Notes: generated from the letters alone by a model not told the origin. 64,000 nt of DNA from Verrucomicrobiota bacterium (GCA_018969605.1 JAGWXY010000003.1:66-64065); one strand, 5' to 3'; shown: positions 38,985 to 51,019, numbered from the stretch's first letter. Translations and numbers: made by a program.

Positions 38985-40016
38985 GTGGACGCGCCGGCAG
39001 CCATCATCTTCATTTCACCCGTGCTCGCCTGGTTTTCCAACGACCGCTTTCCGCTCTACCTCGCGCCGATGGCCGGGGTCACGGATGTGATTTTTCGCCA
39101 GATCTGCAAGGAACTCGGTGCCGATGTGATGGTCACCGAATTCGTCTCCGCCGAGGGCATCCTTCAGCGCGATGACCGCACCCGCAAGTACACCGAGTTC
39201 AGTGACGATCAACGCCCGGTCGGCGTCCAAATCTTCGGTGCCGATGGCAAACGCATGGGCGAAGCGGCGAAGAAAATCATCGATTGGAAAAAACCCGATT
39301 TCATCGACATCAACTTCGGTTGTCCGGTGAACAAAGTGGTCGCAAAAAATGGTGGATCCTCACTGCTGAAAAATTGCCCCGTGCTGGCAGAGGTTGCATC
39401 CGGCGTCGCCCATGCGGTCGGCAACGAGGTGCCGGTCACTGCAAAAATCCGCACCGGCTGGGACTCTGAATCGATCAACGCGGTCGAGGTCGCAAAGATC
39501 CTCGAAGACAGCGGCATGAGCGCCATCACCGTGCACGGCCGCACCCGCGCCCAAGGCTACGGCGGTGAGGCCGATTGGAATGTCATCGACTCGGTCGCTC
39601 GCTCGGTGCGCATACCGGTCATCGGCAATGGCGACATCACATGCGGACGCGATGTGATCAAGCGCCGCAATGAAACCGCCGTCTCCGGCGTCATGATCGG
39701 ACGCGCCGCAATGCAGAACCCATGGGTCTTTCGCGAAGCCCGCCACTTCATCGAAACCGGCACCGACCTTCCGCCCATCGATCTCGACGAGCGGTGGCAA
39801 CTGGTCATCCGCCACTGCCGCCTCGCCATCGAAAGCGAACGCTACGGCAGCGAGAAACAAACACTCACCTCGATGCGCTCAAGGCTCATGGCCTACTGCA
39901 AAGGCTTCCCCGGCGCCCGCGAACTGCGCCAAAAACTTTGCCATGTCACCAGCATCGAAGAAGTGAACGACCTCGCCGCCTTTTCCATCTCTCATGCGGA
40001 AATTGAGGAGGGGTGA
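38985..40016 (+). CDS. dus: tRNA-dihydrouridine synthase
   Basis: 'LAPMAGVTDVIFRQIC', 'DINFGCPVNKV' and 'AITVHGRT' are present. GTG start inferred. Confidence 0.85.
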   Translation: MDAPAAIIFISPVLAWFSNDRFPLYLAPMAGVTDVIFRQICKELGADVMVTEFVSAEGILQRDDRTRKYTEFSDDQRPVGVQIFGADGKRMGEAAKKIIDWKKPDFIDINFGCPVNKVVAKNGGSSLLKNCPVLAEVASGVAHAVGNEVPVTAKIRTGWDSESINAVEVAKILEDSGMSAITVHGRTRAQGYGGEADWNVIDSVARSVRIPVIGNGDITCGRDVIKRRNETAVSGVMIGRAAMQNPWVFREARHFIETGTDLPPIDLDERWQLVIRHCRLAIESERYGSEKQTLTSMRSRLMAYCKGFPGARELRQKLCHVTSIEEVNDLAAFSISHAEIEEG

Positions 40017-40125
40017 GAAGAGTTATTGGTTATTCGTTATTGGTTAATGGGGAAGAAAAAGAAGCCGCTTCTTCATTTTCTTCTCTTGAAACTGAAAACT
40101 TGAAACTTGAAACTTCACTCAATGT
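40017..40125 (+). repeat. dispersed intergenic element, copy A
   Basis: TTGGTTA-type short repeats (40021-40049). Purine/pyrimidine hairpin GAAGAAAAAGAAG..CTTCTTCATTTTCTTC (40051-40082). Tandem heptamers GAAACTT (40087-40114). Related to the copies at 42668-42712 and 55917-56024. Confidence 0.6.
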
Positions 40126-40965
40126 TCATCCCCCCACCTTAACCAGCGGACCAATCAACTCAATCGTCTTCGGCCCCATACCTGATACTCTTTCAAGCTC
40201 CTTCAACGACCGGTAAGGCCTTGCCTTGATGATTTCCTCTGCCGTTTTCCGGCCAACCTTGGGCAGCTTCATGAGCTCTTCGAGAGTCGCTTTGTTGAGA
40301 TCGACCGGATTGTCCTCGCTCGCATTTTCCTCGCCCTGCGCGACCTTGATTTCCTTCACCTCATCACGCGCTTCTTTGCGGGACTCCGCGAGCTTCGACC
40401 AATCGGTGTGCTTCCATGCGCCCAAACCTTTGCGCGCAGCGATTAGCTCCAAATCCCTGAGATGCTCGGCCCATTCCTCGCCGGTTCTGCCATCGTGAAG
40501 TTGCCGCACCACGCCAAAGGCCCGAGCCAGGCCCGCCTCGACCAAGGCTTCTGACAGATCACGCCCGTCGGACAATTCCACAAATCCATAGACGCGCTCA
40601 AAACGGCTATCACCGCGCGCATCGGCAAACATCGTGCGCACGGTGAATGGCTTTTGCATCCACCCGGCGGAACTCACCTTCGCCGCCTCGCCCACCGATT
40701 TGGCAATCGTGATGTCGGCAATGCCGAAATACCGGCGCTGATCCCGCAAGCGACGCGCATTGGTGTCATCGCCCTTCACATGCATCTCGATGCAATCAAC
40801 GCCGTAAAGCCTCACCGTCCGCTCTTTGCCATCGGGAAACTTCACCGCAAAGCTGTCACCGTCCGCCCAATCCTTTACGACCAAGCTGCAATTACGAAAT
40901 GTCTGCAACTGTCCAAACAGGGCCGTCGTCAGAATCATCCACAGCAAAGGAACCAGCCTTATCAC
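40126..40965 (-). CDS. secreted thermonuclease (SNase)-like protein with C-terminal ComEA-type helix-hairpin-helix
   Basis: 'DGDSFAVKFPDGKERTVRLYGVDCIE' is SNase-like. 'VDLNKATLEELMKLPKVGRKTAEEIIKARPYRSLKELERVSGMGPKTIE' is a ComEA-type HhH. Confidence 0.7.
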   Translation of the reverse strand: MIRLVPLLWMILTTALFGQLQTFRNCSLVVKDWADGDSFAVKFPDGKERTVRLYGVDCIEMHVKGDDTNARRLRDQRRYFGIADITIAKSVGEAAKVSSAGWMQKPFTVRTMFADARGDSRFERVYGFVELSDGRDLSEALVEAGLARAFGVVRQLHDGRTGEEWAEHLRDLELIAARKGLGAWKHTDWSKLAESRKEARDEVKEIKVAQGEENASEDNPVDLNKATLEELMKLPKVGRKTAEEIIKARPYRSLKELERVSGMGPKTIELIGPLVKVGG

Positions 40966-42296
40966 GCGGATGGAGTATCACGCCGAACGCGGAACCACAA
41001 GCGCGGACCCAGAGTCGCACAGGCTACAAACAATCCCGCCGCGAGCCCCCACCAGACACCCGGCGCGCCAAGCCCGCCGCGAAACGCCAGCCATGCCGCC
41101 ACCGGCAAGCCCGCGACCCAATACGCCACAAAGCCAATCAATGCCGGCATCCGCGCATCGTGCAATCCACGCAGCATCGACGACGAACCCACCTGCAAAC
41201 CATCGAAGACTTGGAAAATTCCCACGATTATGAGCATCGACGCCGCGATGCCCACCACCTCCGACGCTGGCGTGAACGCCAATGCCATTTCCCTGCCAAA
41301 GAGCAGAAAACTTGCCGCCGCAATCACCCCATACACCAAGAGCAAAAACCAACCCGACCTCACAATCGGCGAAAGCCGATGCATTTCACCCGCGCCATGC
41401 GCCTCACCCACCCGCACGGTCAGCGCCATCGATAGTCCCAGCGGCACCATGAAGGCCACCCCCGCCAGCGTGATCGCAATCTGATGCCCAGCCATCGCCT
41501 CGCGCCCGAAACGGCCCATGATCAAGCCCGTCACGGAAAATGCCGCAACCTCACTGAGCATCTGCAAACTCGCCGGCGCGCCGATCGTCATCAGCTTTTT
41601 CATGCCCGCCAATTTTCCCAAGCGCAGCCACGACTCAGGCACCCAATCGTTCAGACCGGCATGCCTCAGCCACACCAGCATCGCCACCAAGATCGCCGTC
41701 CGCGCAATCAGCGTCGCCCATGCCGCACCCTCGAATCCCAATTTTGGAAACCCCATGTTTCCATAAATCAAAAACCAATTGAGAACGACATTGAGCAAAA
41801 CCCCACCGAGAAAAATCCAAAACGGCGGCCATGGACGGTTCAATGCATCCGCATGGTTCTTCAACGCGATCGAGGCCAGCGCCGGCACCATCGATGCCAT
41901 GATAATCCGAAAATACCCGACCATGCTCGCGGCCACTTCCGGGGGCTGACGAAACCAATCCAGCCGCATCGACACAACCCATGCGACCGCAAACAACAAG
42001 AGACCTATCCACAGAGCCATCCACAACCCGTCAAGGCAACTCCCTCGCGCTTTCGCCGGTTCATCAGACCCACGCGCGTTGGAACTGAAAACCGACACCG
42101 CCGAAAGCAAACCAATGCCAAACACAAACGGCACATGAAACAGCGAGTTGGCAAAGGTCAGCGCCGCCAGCTCGGTCACGCCCAACTTCCCAACCATCAG
42201 CGTGTCGACCACACCCATCAGCATCTGGCTCAACTGACCGATCATCAGCGGCACTGCCAAACGCAGGGTCAGTCGGGACTCGTGTAAAAAACTCAT
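40962..42296 (-). CDS. MATE-family efflux transporter
   Basis: Start taken at 'MSFLHESRLTLRLAVPLMIGQLSQMLMGVVDTLMVGKLG'. Twelve-TM profile. The stop overlaps the nuclease start by 4 nt. Confidence 0.85.
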   Translation of the reverse strand: MSFLHESRLTLRLAVPLMIGQLSQMLMGVVDTLMVGKLGVTELAALTFANSLFHVPFVFGIGLLSAVSVFSSNARGSDEPAKARGSCLDGLWMALWIGLLLFAVAWVVSMRLDWFRQPPEVAASMVGYFRIIMASMVPALASIALKNHADALNRPWPPFWIFLGGVLLNVVLNWFLIYGNMGFPKLGFEGAAWATLIARTAILVAMLVWLRHAGLNDWVPESWLRLGKLAGMKKLMTIGAPASLQMLSEVAAFSVTGLIMGRFGREAMAGHQIAITLAGVAFMVPLGLSMALTVRVGEAHGAGEMHRLSPIVRSGWFLLLVYGVIAAASFLLFGREMALAFTPASEVVGIAASMLIIVGIFQVFDGLQVGSSSMLRGLHDARMPALIGFVAYWVAGLPVAAWLAFRGGLGAPGVWWGLAAGLFVACATLGPRLWFRVRRDTPSA

Positions 42297-42483
42297 GAAA
42301 GCGCACCTGTCATGCGTGAAACGACGCACGACTCCAACGAAATTATGTCCGAATCGCCCACTCCGCGCCGTCACGCGATTTCGCCCCATGACCAAAAATT
42401 TTTTGCTTTGCCACCCATGCGCGCCGCGTTAGTTTCACCCCTGTCAGCGATATTGACTTTCAAGCCAATTCGCCACACCCAAT

Positions 42484-42559
<76 letters not shown>

Positions 42560-42667
42560 AACGCCTCTTGTGGGGGCAGTAATCGGTAAATCTTTTTGAA
42601 GAATCGGCGACGCGAGGCAGCGTAGCCTTACCGGGGCGGACCGTTGCGGAGAACGGTCCCTGCCATG

Positions 42668-42712
42668 AAAGAAGCAGCCTCTTAATTTTCTTCCACTTCG
42701 ATGTTCGAAGTT
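42668..42712 (+). repeat. dispersed intergenic element, copy C
   Basis: AAAGAAGCAGCCTCTTAATTTTCTTCCACTTCGATGTTCGAAGTTCC. I count about 35 of 46 identical positions with copy B by eye. It contains the 7-bp inverted repeat ACTTCGA-TGT-TCGAAGT. Confidence 0.6.
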
Positions 42713-42714
42713 CC

Positions 42715-44148
42715 CTACCCCCTCATCCTCCTCGCCGATTGTGCAGCTTGGCGTCTGAGTTCGATGGCGTCGCCGATTTCATCGGCGAGGACGGGTGATT
42801 GGTTGAGCAGGTCGCCGATAACTTCATCTTCGAAGACCATGATCTTGAGGTCTTCGATGGCGATGATGCCGATGTCGCTAACCGAGGCGCCGGCGGTGAG
42901 TTGATCGCCGAAGCATTCGCCAGCGCCGATTTCGCCGATCTGGATTGCTTTGCCGTTGGCATCGGTCGAGAGCAATTTCGCACGACCTTCGAGAATGAGC
43001 GCGAAACCTTTGAATTTGAGCTCTGCGTCTTGCACGGTTTCACCTGCGGCGTACACCTTGACCAACGGTTCCGACTCCTCGTGCTTGAGCGCGGGTTTGA
43101 AGCGCGGATAAGAACTGAGCAGTTGGGCGGGTGTCGGTGGTGTCGGCGTCGGGCTCTCGCCAGGGCCGTACTCGAAGGCAATGGGAAACGGAATCGTGAT
43201 ACCCTCGCGCTTCACCACATACCAAATTCGCGTCATGATGCTGTCGCGAATCTCCGGAAGGTCCTCCATGCTATCGACAGTGAATGACAGACGATAGATG
43301 ATCGAGAAATCGGCGTAATTGAAGGTCCGCACCGATGGCGGCGGCTGCTGGATCACGCCTTCGGTGGTGGTAAGAATCCCCATCATGAGGCTCTTCACGC
43401 GATTCGGCGGATCATCGTAGCTGAAGCCGATTTCAATGCGCTCCGTGCGGGCGGTGGTTGGTCGCGAGAGGTTGGTGAAGGGCCCTTTGTAGAGTGAGAC
43501 ATTGGGAATGATCTGGAGCTCACGCGTTGGGGTCTCGATGTGAACCGAGCGCCAGTTGATTTCGATGACGCGACCGGTGACACCTTCGGCGATGACCCAA
43601 TCACCCACATTGAGCGGGCGCTCAAAAAGCAGCATGAGTCCGGAAACGATGTTGCCGAGAGGTTCTTGCAGCGCGAGGCCGATCACGATCGATCCGACGC
43701 CAAGGGCGGCAAGCGCACCTTCGATTTCGCGACCCCAGACCTGAGAGTAGATCACCATCGCGCCAACGGCCACAAGCAGCGCGCGGACGAGGTCGCGGAA
43801 AAGTTTCGGCACCTTTTCGCGCCATGTATCGCTACGCGCGGATCCGAAGACGAGGTCATTGACGACACCAAGCAAGGCATAGAGCAAGAGCACCCAGAAG
43901 CCGGTCTCGATCACCCGCACGAGTGCACTCGACTGAGGCAACTCGATGATGTAGCGCACAAAGATCAGCAACGCGAGCGCTGGTGCCACAAGATTACGGA
44001 TTGAGCGCAGCGTGCGTGCCAGCACCAGTCCGGCCCGGTTGCAGGCGGCGATGCTCTCGTTGAGGATCAAGAGCACCACCGGAAAACCCACGGCCAAAAA
44101 AATGGCAGGCCACAGGTTTGAGATTGTTTGTTGGAGAAGCGTGTTCAT
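42715..44148 (-). CDS. MscS-family mechanosensitive channel with C-terminal cyclic-nucleotide-binding-like domain
   Basis: 477 aa. MscS core 'IVSGLMLLFERPLNVGDWVIAEGVTGRVIEINWRSVHIETPTRELQIIPN'. C-terminal CNB-like beta-roll 'VKVYAAGETVQDAE...IGEIGAGECFGDQ'. Confidence 0.8.
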   Translation of the reverse strand: MNTLLQQTISNLWPAIFLAVGFPVVLLILNESIAACNRAGLVLARTLRSIRNLVAPALALLIFVRYIIELPQSSALVRVIETGFWVLLLYALLGVVNDLVFGSARSDTWREKVPKLFRDLVRALLVAVGAMVIYSQVWGREIEGALAALGVGSIVIGLALQEPLGNIVSGLMLLFERPLNVGDWVIAEGVTGRVIEINWRSVHIETPTRELQIIPNVSLYKGPFTNLSRPTTARTERIEIGFSYDDPPNRVKSLMMGILTTTEGVIQQPPPSVRTFNYADFSIIYRLSFTVDSMEDLPEIRDSIMTRIWYVVKREGITIPFPIAFEYGPGESPTPTPPTPAQLLSSYPRFKPALKHEESEPLVKVYAAGETVQDAELKFKGFALILEGRAKLLSTDANGKAIQIGEIGAGECFGDQLTAGASVSDIGIIAIEDLKIMVFEDEVIGDLLNQSPVLADEIGDAIELRRQAAQSARRMRG

Positions 44149-44179
44149 GGCTCGGACTTTGTTTCAGATCAGCGCTGTT

Positions 44180-46288
44180 TCAGCCGACGACTTCCCATGC
44201 TTCGATGGCTGCTTTGCCTTCGGTTTCGATTTTGTGCGAAGCACCGAAGTTGAATTGATCGCCAATGCGCTCGCGAATTTGCGAGGTCACGCGGATCGCG
44301 GTGCTGTTGCCGGCCGAGAGCTTTTTGGCAATCGTCACCGTGTCGCCCCAGAGGTCATAAAGAAACTTGCGTCGGCCCACCACACCGCCGACCACAGGAC
44401 CGGAGTTGATGCCGATAGAAATGGCGAGATGAGCCTTTTCGTCGCGGTTGAAGACCCCGATGATGCGCTCCATTTGTTGGGCAAACTGAATGATGCGACG
44501 CACGTGGTCGGGTCTTGTGACCGAGAGTCCGCAGACCGCGAGGTAGGATCCGCCGATTGTCTTGACCTTTTCGATGCCGGATTCCTCCGCGGCTTCGTCG
44601 AAAGCCTCTATCAAGTCGCCGAGGGATGAAAGCGCTGCAGCCTCGCCGAGTTTTGCCCCCAGCGCTTCCATGCCGACGATCTCGGCAAAGAGCACCGAGA
44701 CATCGGCAAACTCGCGGTTCGCTTTTTCATCACCCTCCTGCCGCTGCGCCACCGCCGACGCCGGCAGAATGCTGTGAAGCAGCTCCTGATTCTCGCGCAC
44801 TTGCCCCTCTAGCCGTTCGGTCTGCAACTTGATGTTTTCGGACATCTGATTGAACACCCTGCCAAGCTCGCCGAATTCATCGCGCGACTTGACCCTCACC
44901 TTCACATCCGTTTCGCCACGACCCAGTCGCAAAGCCCCCTCGGTGAGCGCACGCAAGGGCCGCGTAAGCAAATGGGAAAACATCAGTGCCAAAAGCGTGA
45001 CCGCCAAGGCCATGCCACTCGCCACAATCAGCACGGTGCGTCCCAGCTGGTGAATCGGTGCCTCAACCTCAGCTAGGTCCTTTTCGGTGATCACCGCCCA
45101 GCGCAACGAATTAAGCTCAAGCGGTCCATAGGCACTCAAAGTTTCCTCGCCGCGATAATCGTTCACCACCGCGATGCCCTTCTGCCCGCGGAAGGCGGCT
45201 TCGACGCTTTCCGACTCGACCGGCATCGCGCAAATCACATTACCCTGCTTTTCAATTCTCTCGACCACCGATGTCGGCACGCTGCTCTGCCGAAGAAGTT
45301 TCAGAAAACCTTCGGGGTCCGAGTACATGAAGCGCGAGCGGCTACGCATCGTCTTGTCGGGACCGACGAGATAGGTCTCGCCTGTTTGACCCATACCCTC
45401 CTCCGCCCAATTGAAATTGCCTGTCAGAACCTTGTTGAAGTTATCAATCGGAAACTGCAGCACCAGCAAACCAATCATTTGCGGACCATCAAATATCGGG
45501 CTCACCGCAAATCCCATCGGCTTGCCAAGGCTCGGGCGGTACGGCTCGAAATCGGCGATTTTGAAATCATCGCGGTCATTGTTGCTGCGCATTGTCCGCA
45601 CCTTCGATGCCATCAGCGTGTTGGCGTAGGGGCCCGTCTCAAGGTTGGTCGCAAATTCACTGGTCTTCTGATAGCTGTAAACAATTTCCATGCTTTCAGC
45701 ATCGACCAGCATCACATCCTCAAATCCAAAAATCTGCACCGCGCGCTCAAAGGACTTGTGATAGGTCTCGTGCACCTTTGCGTAAGAGGATTGATCCGAT
45801 TCCGATTCCTCGAGTTCTTGCTTCTTGCCGTAAGGATGGGGATTGTTCGAAAGGTAATGGTACTGAAGGTACCGCTCGGCTGGCTTTACTGGCAGGTATT
45901 GCTCGAGCACAGGCTCACCATCGATCTGCTTGTCGAGCTTTGGCAGGAAATCATTTTCATAAAACCCTTCGAGTTTCTCAGACTGCTCCTGCGTTAGTGA
46001 CGCGGCATTGAGGCTCTTGTACGCCGCGCGAAACTCCCTCATGCCGTCGATGGTCACATGGCTGTCCGACATGGAAATGACCTGATCCCGCAGTGAATCG
46101 AGCATTGCCTTCAGTGTCGTGGTCTTGGCCACCTGCACACCCTTGAGGTGATCCTCCGCCGCACGGATCAGCGCCGCTCTGCCAGACTTGTAACTGTTCC
46201 ATGCCACTACAGCGATGGACGACAAACTCACTGCCAGCAGCAGCAGGATCATCTTCGTCTGGATGCTCAATCGGTTCAGGCCTAACAT
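44180..46288 (-). CDS. membrane sensor protein: Cache-like periplasmic domain, HAMP, class III cyclase-homology domain (non-canonical active site)
   Basis: 702 aa with two TM segments flanking a ~270-aa periplasmic domain. HAMP 'LTRPLRALTEGALRLGRGE'. Cyclase-homology motifs 'VSVLFAEIVGME', 'KVKTIGGSYLAVCG', 'GINSGPVVGGVVGRRKFLYDLWGDTVTIAKKL'. Confidence 0.8.
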   Translation of the reverse strand: MLGLNRLSIQTKMILLLLAVSLSSIAVVAWNSYKSGRAALIRAAEDHLKGVQVAKTTTLKAMLDSLRDQVISMSDSHVTIDGMREFRAAYKSLNAASLTQEQSEKLEGFYENDFLPKLDKQIDGEPVLEQYLPVKPAERYLQYHYLSNNPHPYGKKQELEESESDQSSYAKVHETYHKSFERAVQIFGFEDVMLVDAESMEIVYSYQKTSEFATNLETGPYANTLMASKVRTMRSNNDRDDFKIADFEPYRPSLGKPMGFAVSPIFDGPQMIGLLVLQFPIDNFNKVLTGNFNWAEEGMGQTGETYLVGPDKTMRSRSRFMYSDPEGFLKLLRQSSVPTSVVERIEKQGNVICAMPVESESVEAAFRGQKGIAVVNDYRGEETLSAYGPLELNSLRWAVITEKDLAEVEAPIHQLGRTVLIVASGMALAVTLLALMFSHLLTRPLRALTEGALRLGRGETDVKVRVKSRDEFGELGRVFNQMSENIKLQTERLEGQVRENQELLHSILPASAVAQRQEGDEKANREFADVSVLFAEIVGMEALGAKLGEAAALSSLGDLIEAFDEAAEESGIEKVKTIGGSYLAVCGLSVTRPDHVRRIIQFAQQMERIIGVFNRDEKAHLAISIGINSGPVVGGVVGRRKFLYDLWGDTVTIAKKLSAGNSTAIRVTSQIRERIGDQFNFGASHKIETEGKAAIEAWEVVG

Positions 46289-46323
46289 GGTATCGTGAAG
46301 TTTGAAGCTTGGGATAACCCTGC

Positions 46324-46340
46324 GGAATCAGCGTGATTCC
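46324..46340. promoter_or_regulatory. palindrome upstream of the cyclase-channel operon
   Basis: GGAATCA-GCG-TGATTCC, perfect 7-bp arms, 36-52 nt upstream of the ORF start at 46288. Confidence 0.3.
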
Positions 46341-46435
46341 ATGCACTTGCACAGGATTCTGAAAATTAGCGATGCCAGACACACCGAGGCAAGGCCATAT
46401 CCAAACAAGGCTGACAAATGCGGCATGCTGGAAAC

Positions 46436-46477
46436 AAAAAAATCGGCGGACCCGCTGCCGGATCCGCCGATTTTTTG
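46436..46477 (-). terminator. Rho-independent (bidirectional-looking) terminator downstream of eno
   Basis: ATCGGCGGA ... TCCGCCGAT, 9-bp stem, flanked by an A-run on the left and TTTTTT on the right. On the minus strand the hairpin is followed by a U-run. Confidence 0.75.
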
Positions 46478-46499
46478 AATGGTTCGTGAGATCAGCCGA

Positions 46500-49666
<3,167 letters not shown>

Positions 49667-49757
49667 GGCGCGGAAGATGCGAGGCCACTCGGCGAAACGC
49701 AAGGCATTCCCGATGAAATTCGCATGTTTCACCTGGCCATGTCGCGGCAGGTGGAAA

Positions 49758-50558
49758 TTAGGGCGTGACCGATTGGCTCGGCACCGTCGGCGGCGGCACG
49801 ACCCGCGGCCGTGGCTGGCGCAGCACGGGCAACTCGCCATTGATCGACCGATCGAGGGCGCGCTTCAGGGCCATGACTCTGTATTTCCACTCGGACGGCA
49901 CACCTTCCCACGATCCGTCCGCAGGAAATGTTCCATTGAAAATTTGCACCTGCTTGTTGTCCTTAATGCTGAGCCGATACCCTTCGCCTTCCTTGACCAC
50001 CTCCGCCTCGCCATCCGCGCTCGTGGTTTTGGCAAACATCTCGCTGGCATTGACGACCCGGGTAATGCCGTTGTCGATCTGTTCCGGGGAAGTGCCGGCC
50101 ATGGTGAAGATTCCAGAAAAGCGCGTCTTGGGCTTGCCGACCCGTACTTTGAACTGCTGCGGCATCCCCGAACGAAATGCGGAAAACACCACTTGGTCGC
50201 CGGGCTGATGCAGGCGCAGCAGTGCCGCCATTTGGGCTTCATTGACCAACATTTGATCGCCAAGCTTCCAAATCACATCGTGAACTTGGACGCCGGCCTT
50301 CGCGGCTGGCCCACCATCATCGACCGCAGTCACCAAAAAACCAATACCCACCGGAAGATTCGGCAGCTGGGCGGTCACCATCGGATCAGGCTTTTGCAGC
50401 GAGATTCCCAGCGTCGGCGGCGGCGGTGCGATGCGCGACCTGCCCTGCACGATTTTTTCCGTCGAGGCATCAACGGGCTTGTCAGCACTTTTCGTCGGCT
50501 CGGCGTGCGACGCAATGCATAGACCCAACAAACAAAATGGAAGTGCCAACCTCATCAA
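49758..50558 (-). CDS. secreted PDZ-domain protein
   Basis: Signal peptide 'MMRLALPFCLLGLCIASHA'. PDZ-like 'GIGFLVTAVDDGGPAAKAGVQVHDVIWKLGDQMLVN'. Confidence 0.65.
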   Translation of the reverse strand: MMRLALPFCLLGLCIASHAEPTKSADKPVDASTEKIVQGRSRIAPPPPTLGISLQKPDPMVTAQLPNLPVGIGFLVTAVDDGGPAAKAGVQVHDVIWKLGDQMLVNEAQMAALLRLHQPGDQVVFSAFRSGMPQQFKVRVGKPKTRFSGIFTMAGTSPEQIDNGITRVVNASEMFAKTTSADGEAEVVKEGEGYRLSIKDNKQVQIFNGTFPADGSWEGVPSEWKYRVMALKRALDRSINGELPVLRQPRPRVVPPPTVPSQSVTP

Positions 50559-51019
50559 AATTCCGAAATGTTCGCAACCACCTTTCCCAGTTCGCGCCGA
50601 CCGATGAGCATGACAAAATCATTTTTTTTGTCCCTAATCACGTTGATGTCCTCTGCTTTGTAGTCAGCCGCAGACAATGGAATTTCATCGATCTGCTCGA
50701 CCCACATCTCGTCGGATGTACGCATTGTGGATTTGATGGTTTTTACAAATTCATACTGGCCGATAGCACCGGAATTGGTTTGGGGTCGATCCAGAAGAAC
50801 CAGACCAAGGCCCGCAGTCAGGCTCGCTGCAATGCCGACCCGCCACCAGGTTCGGGGCTTGACGATCATCTTCAAACCACTCGCTTGAGTGCCGACCAGG
50901 CCATCGATCATCGAGTCGTTCGCGCGCGTGGCCCTCTCGCTCATCGCCGCCGGCACAAGGCGGTTGAGGATGTTTTCTACTTCTTCAATCGGCTCCAATG
51001 GCTTGTCAGGCTTGCGCAT
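50555..51019 (-). CDS. probable anti-sigma factor (single-pass membrane protein)
   Basis: 154 aa with one TM helix 'WWRVGIAASLTAGLGLVLL'. It overlaps the ECF sigma gene upstream and the PDZ gene downstream. Confidence 0.5.
   Translation of the reverse strand: MRKPDKPLEPIEEVENILNRLVPAAMSERATRANDSMIDGLVGTQASGLKMIVKPRTWWRVGIAASLTAGLGLVLLDRPQTNSGAIGQYEFVKTIKSTMRTSDEMWVEQIDEIPLSAADYKAEDINVIRDKKNDFVMLIGRRELGKVVANISEF

Noticed and set aside
40087-40114. CRISPR-like or minisatellite array (also 55977-56013)
   Set aside because: The repeat units are only 7 nt, directly tandem and without spacers, with 3-4 copies. No cas genes are present in the window.
42560-42714. SRP (4.5S) RNA, because of 'GAAAGAAGCAGCC' resembling the conserved GGAAGCAGCC of SRP helix 8
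   Set aside because: There is no GNRA tetraloop closed by the expected helix immediately upstream. There is no complementary 5'/3' terminal stem. The same motif recurs in the dispersed repeat copies, so it belongs to that element.
42715-46288. Pycsar-like antiphage system (cyclase plus cNMP-binding membrane effector)
   Set aside because: The gene order and domain logic resemble Pycsar. However, the cyclase is a large Cache-HAMP membrane sensor typical of environmental signalling, and the effector is a full MscS channel rather than a minimal TM effector. The locus has host-like composition with no mobile or defence neighbours. It is kept as a signalling anomaly rather than a defence call.
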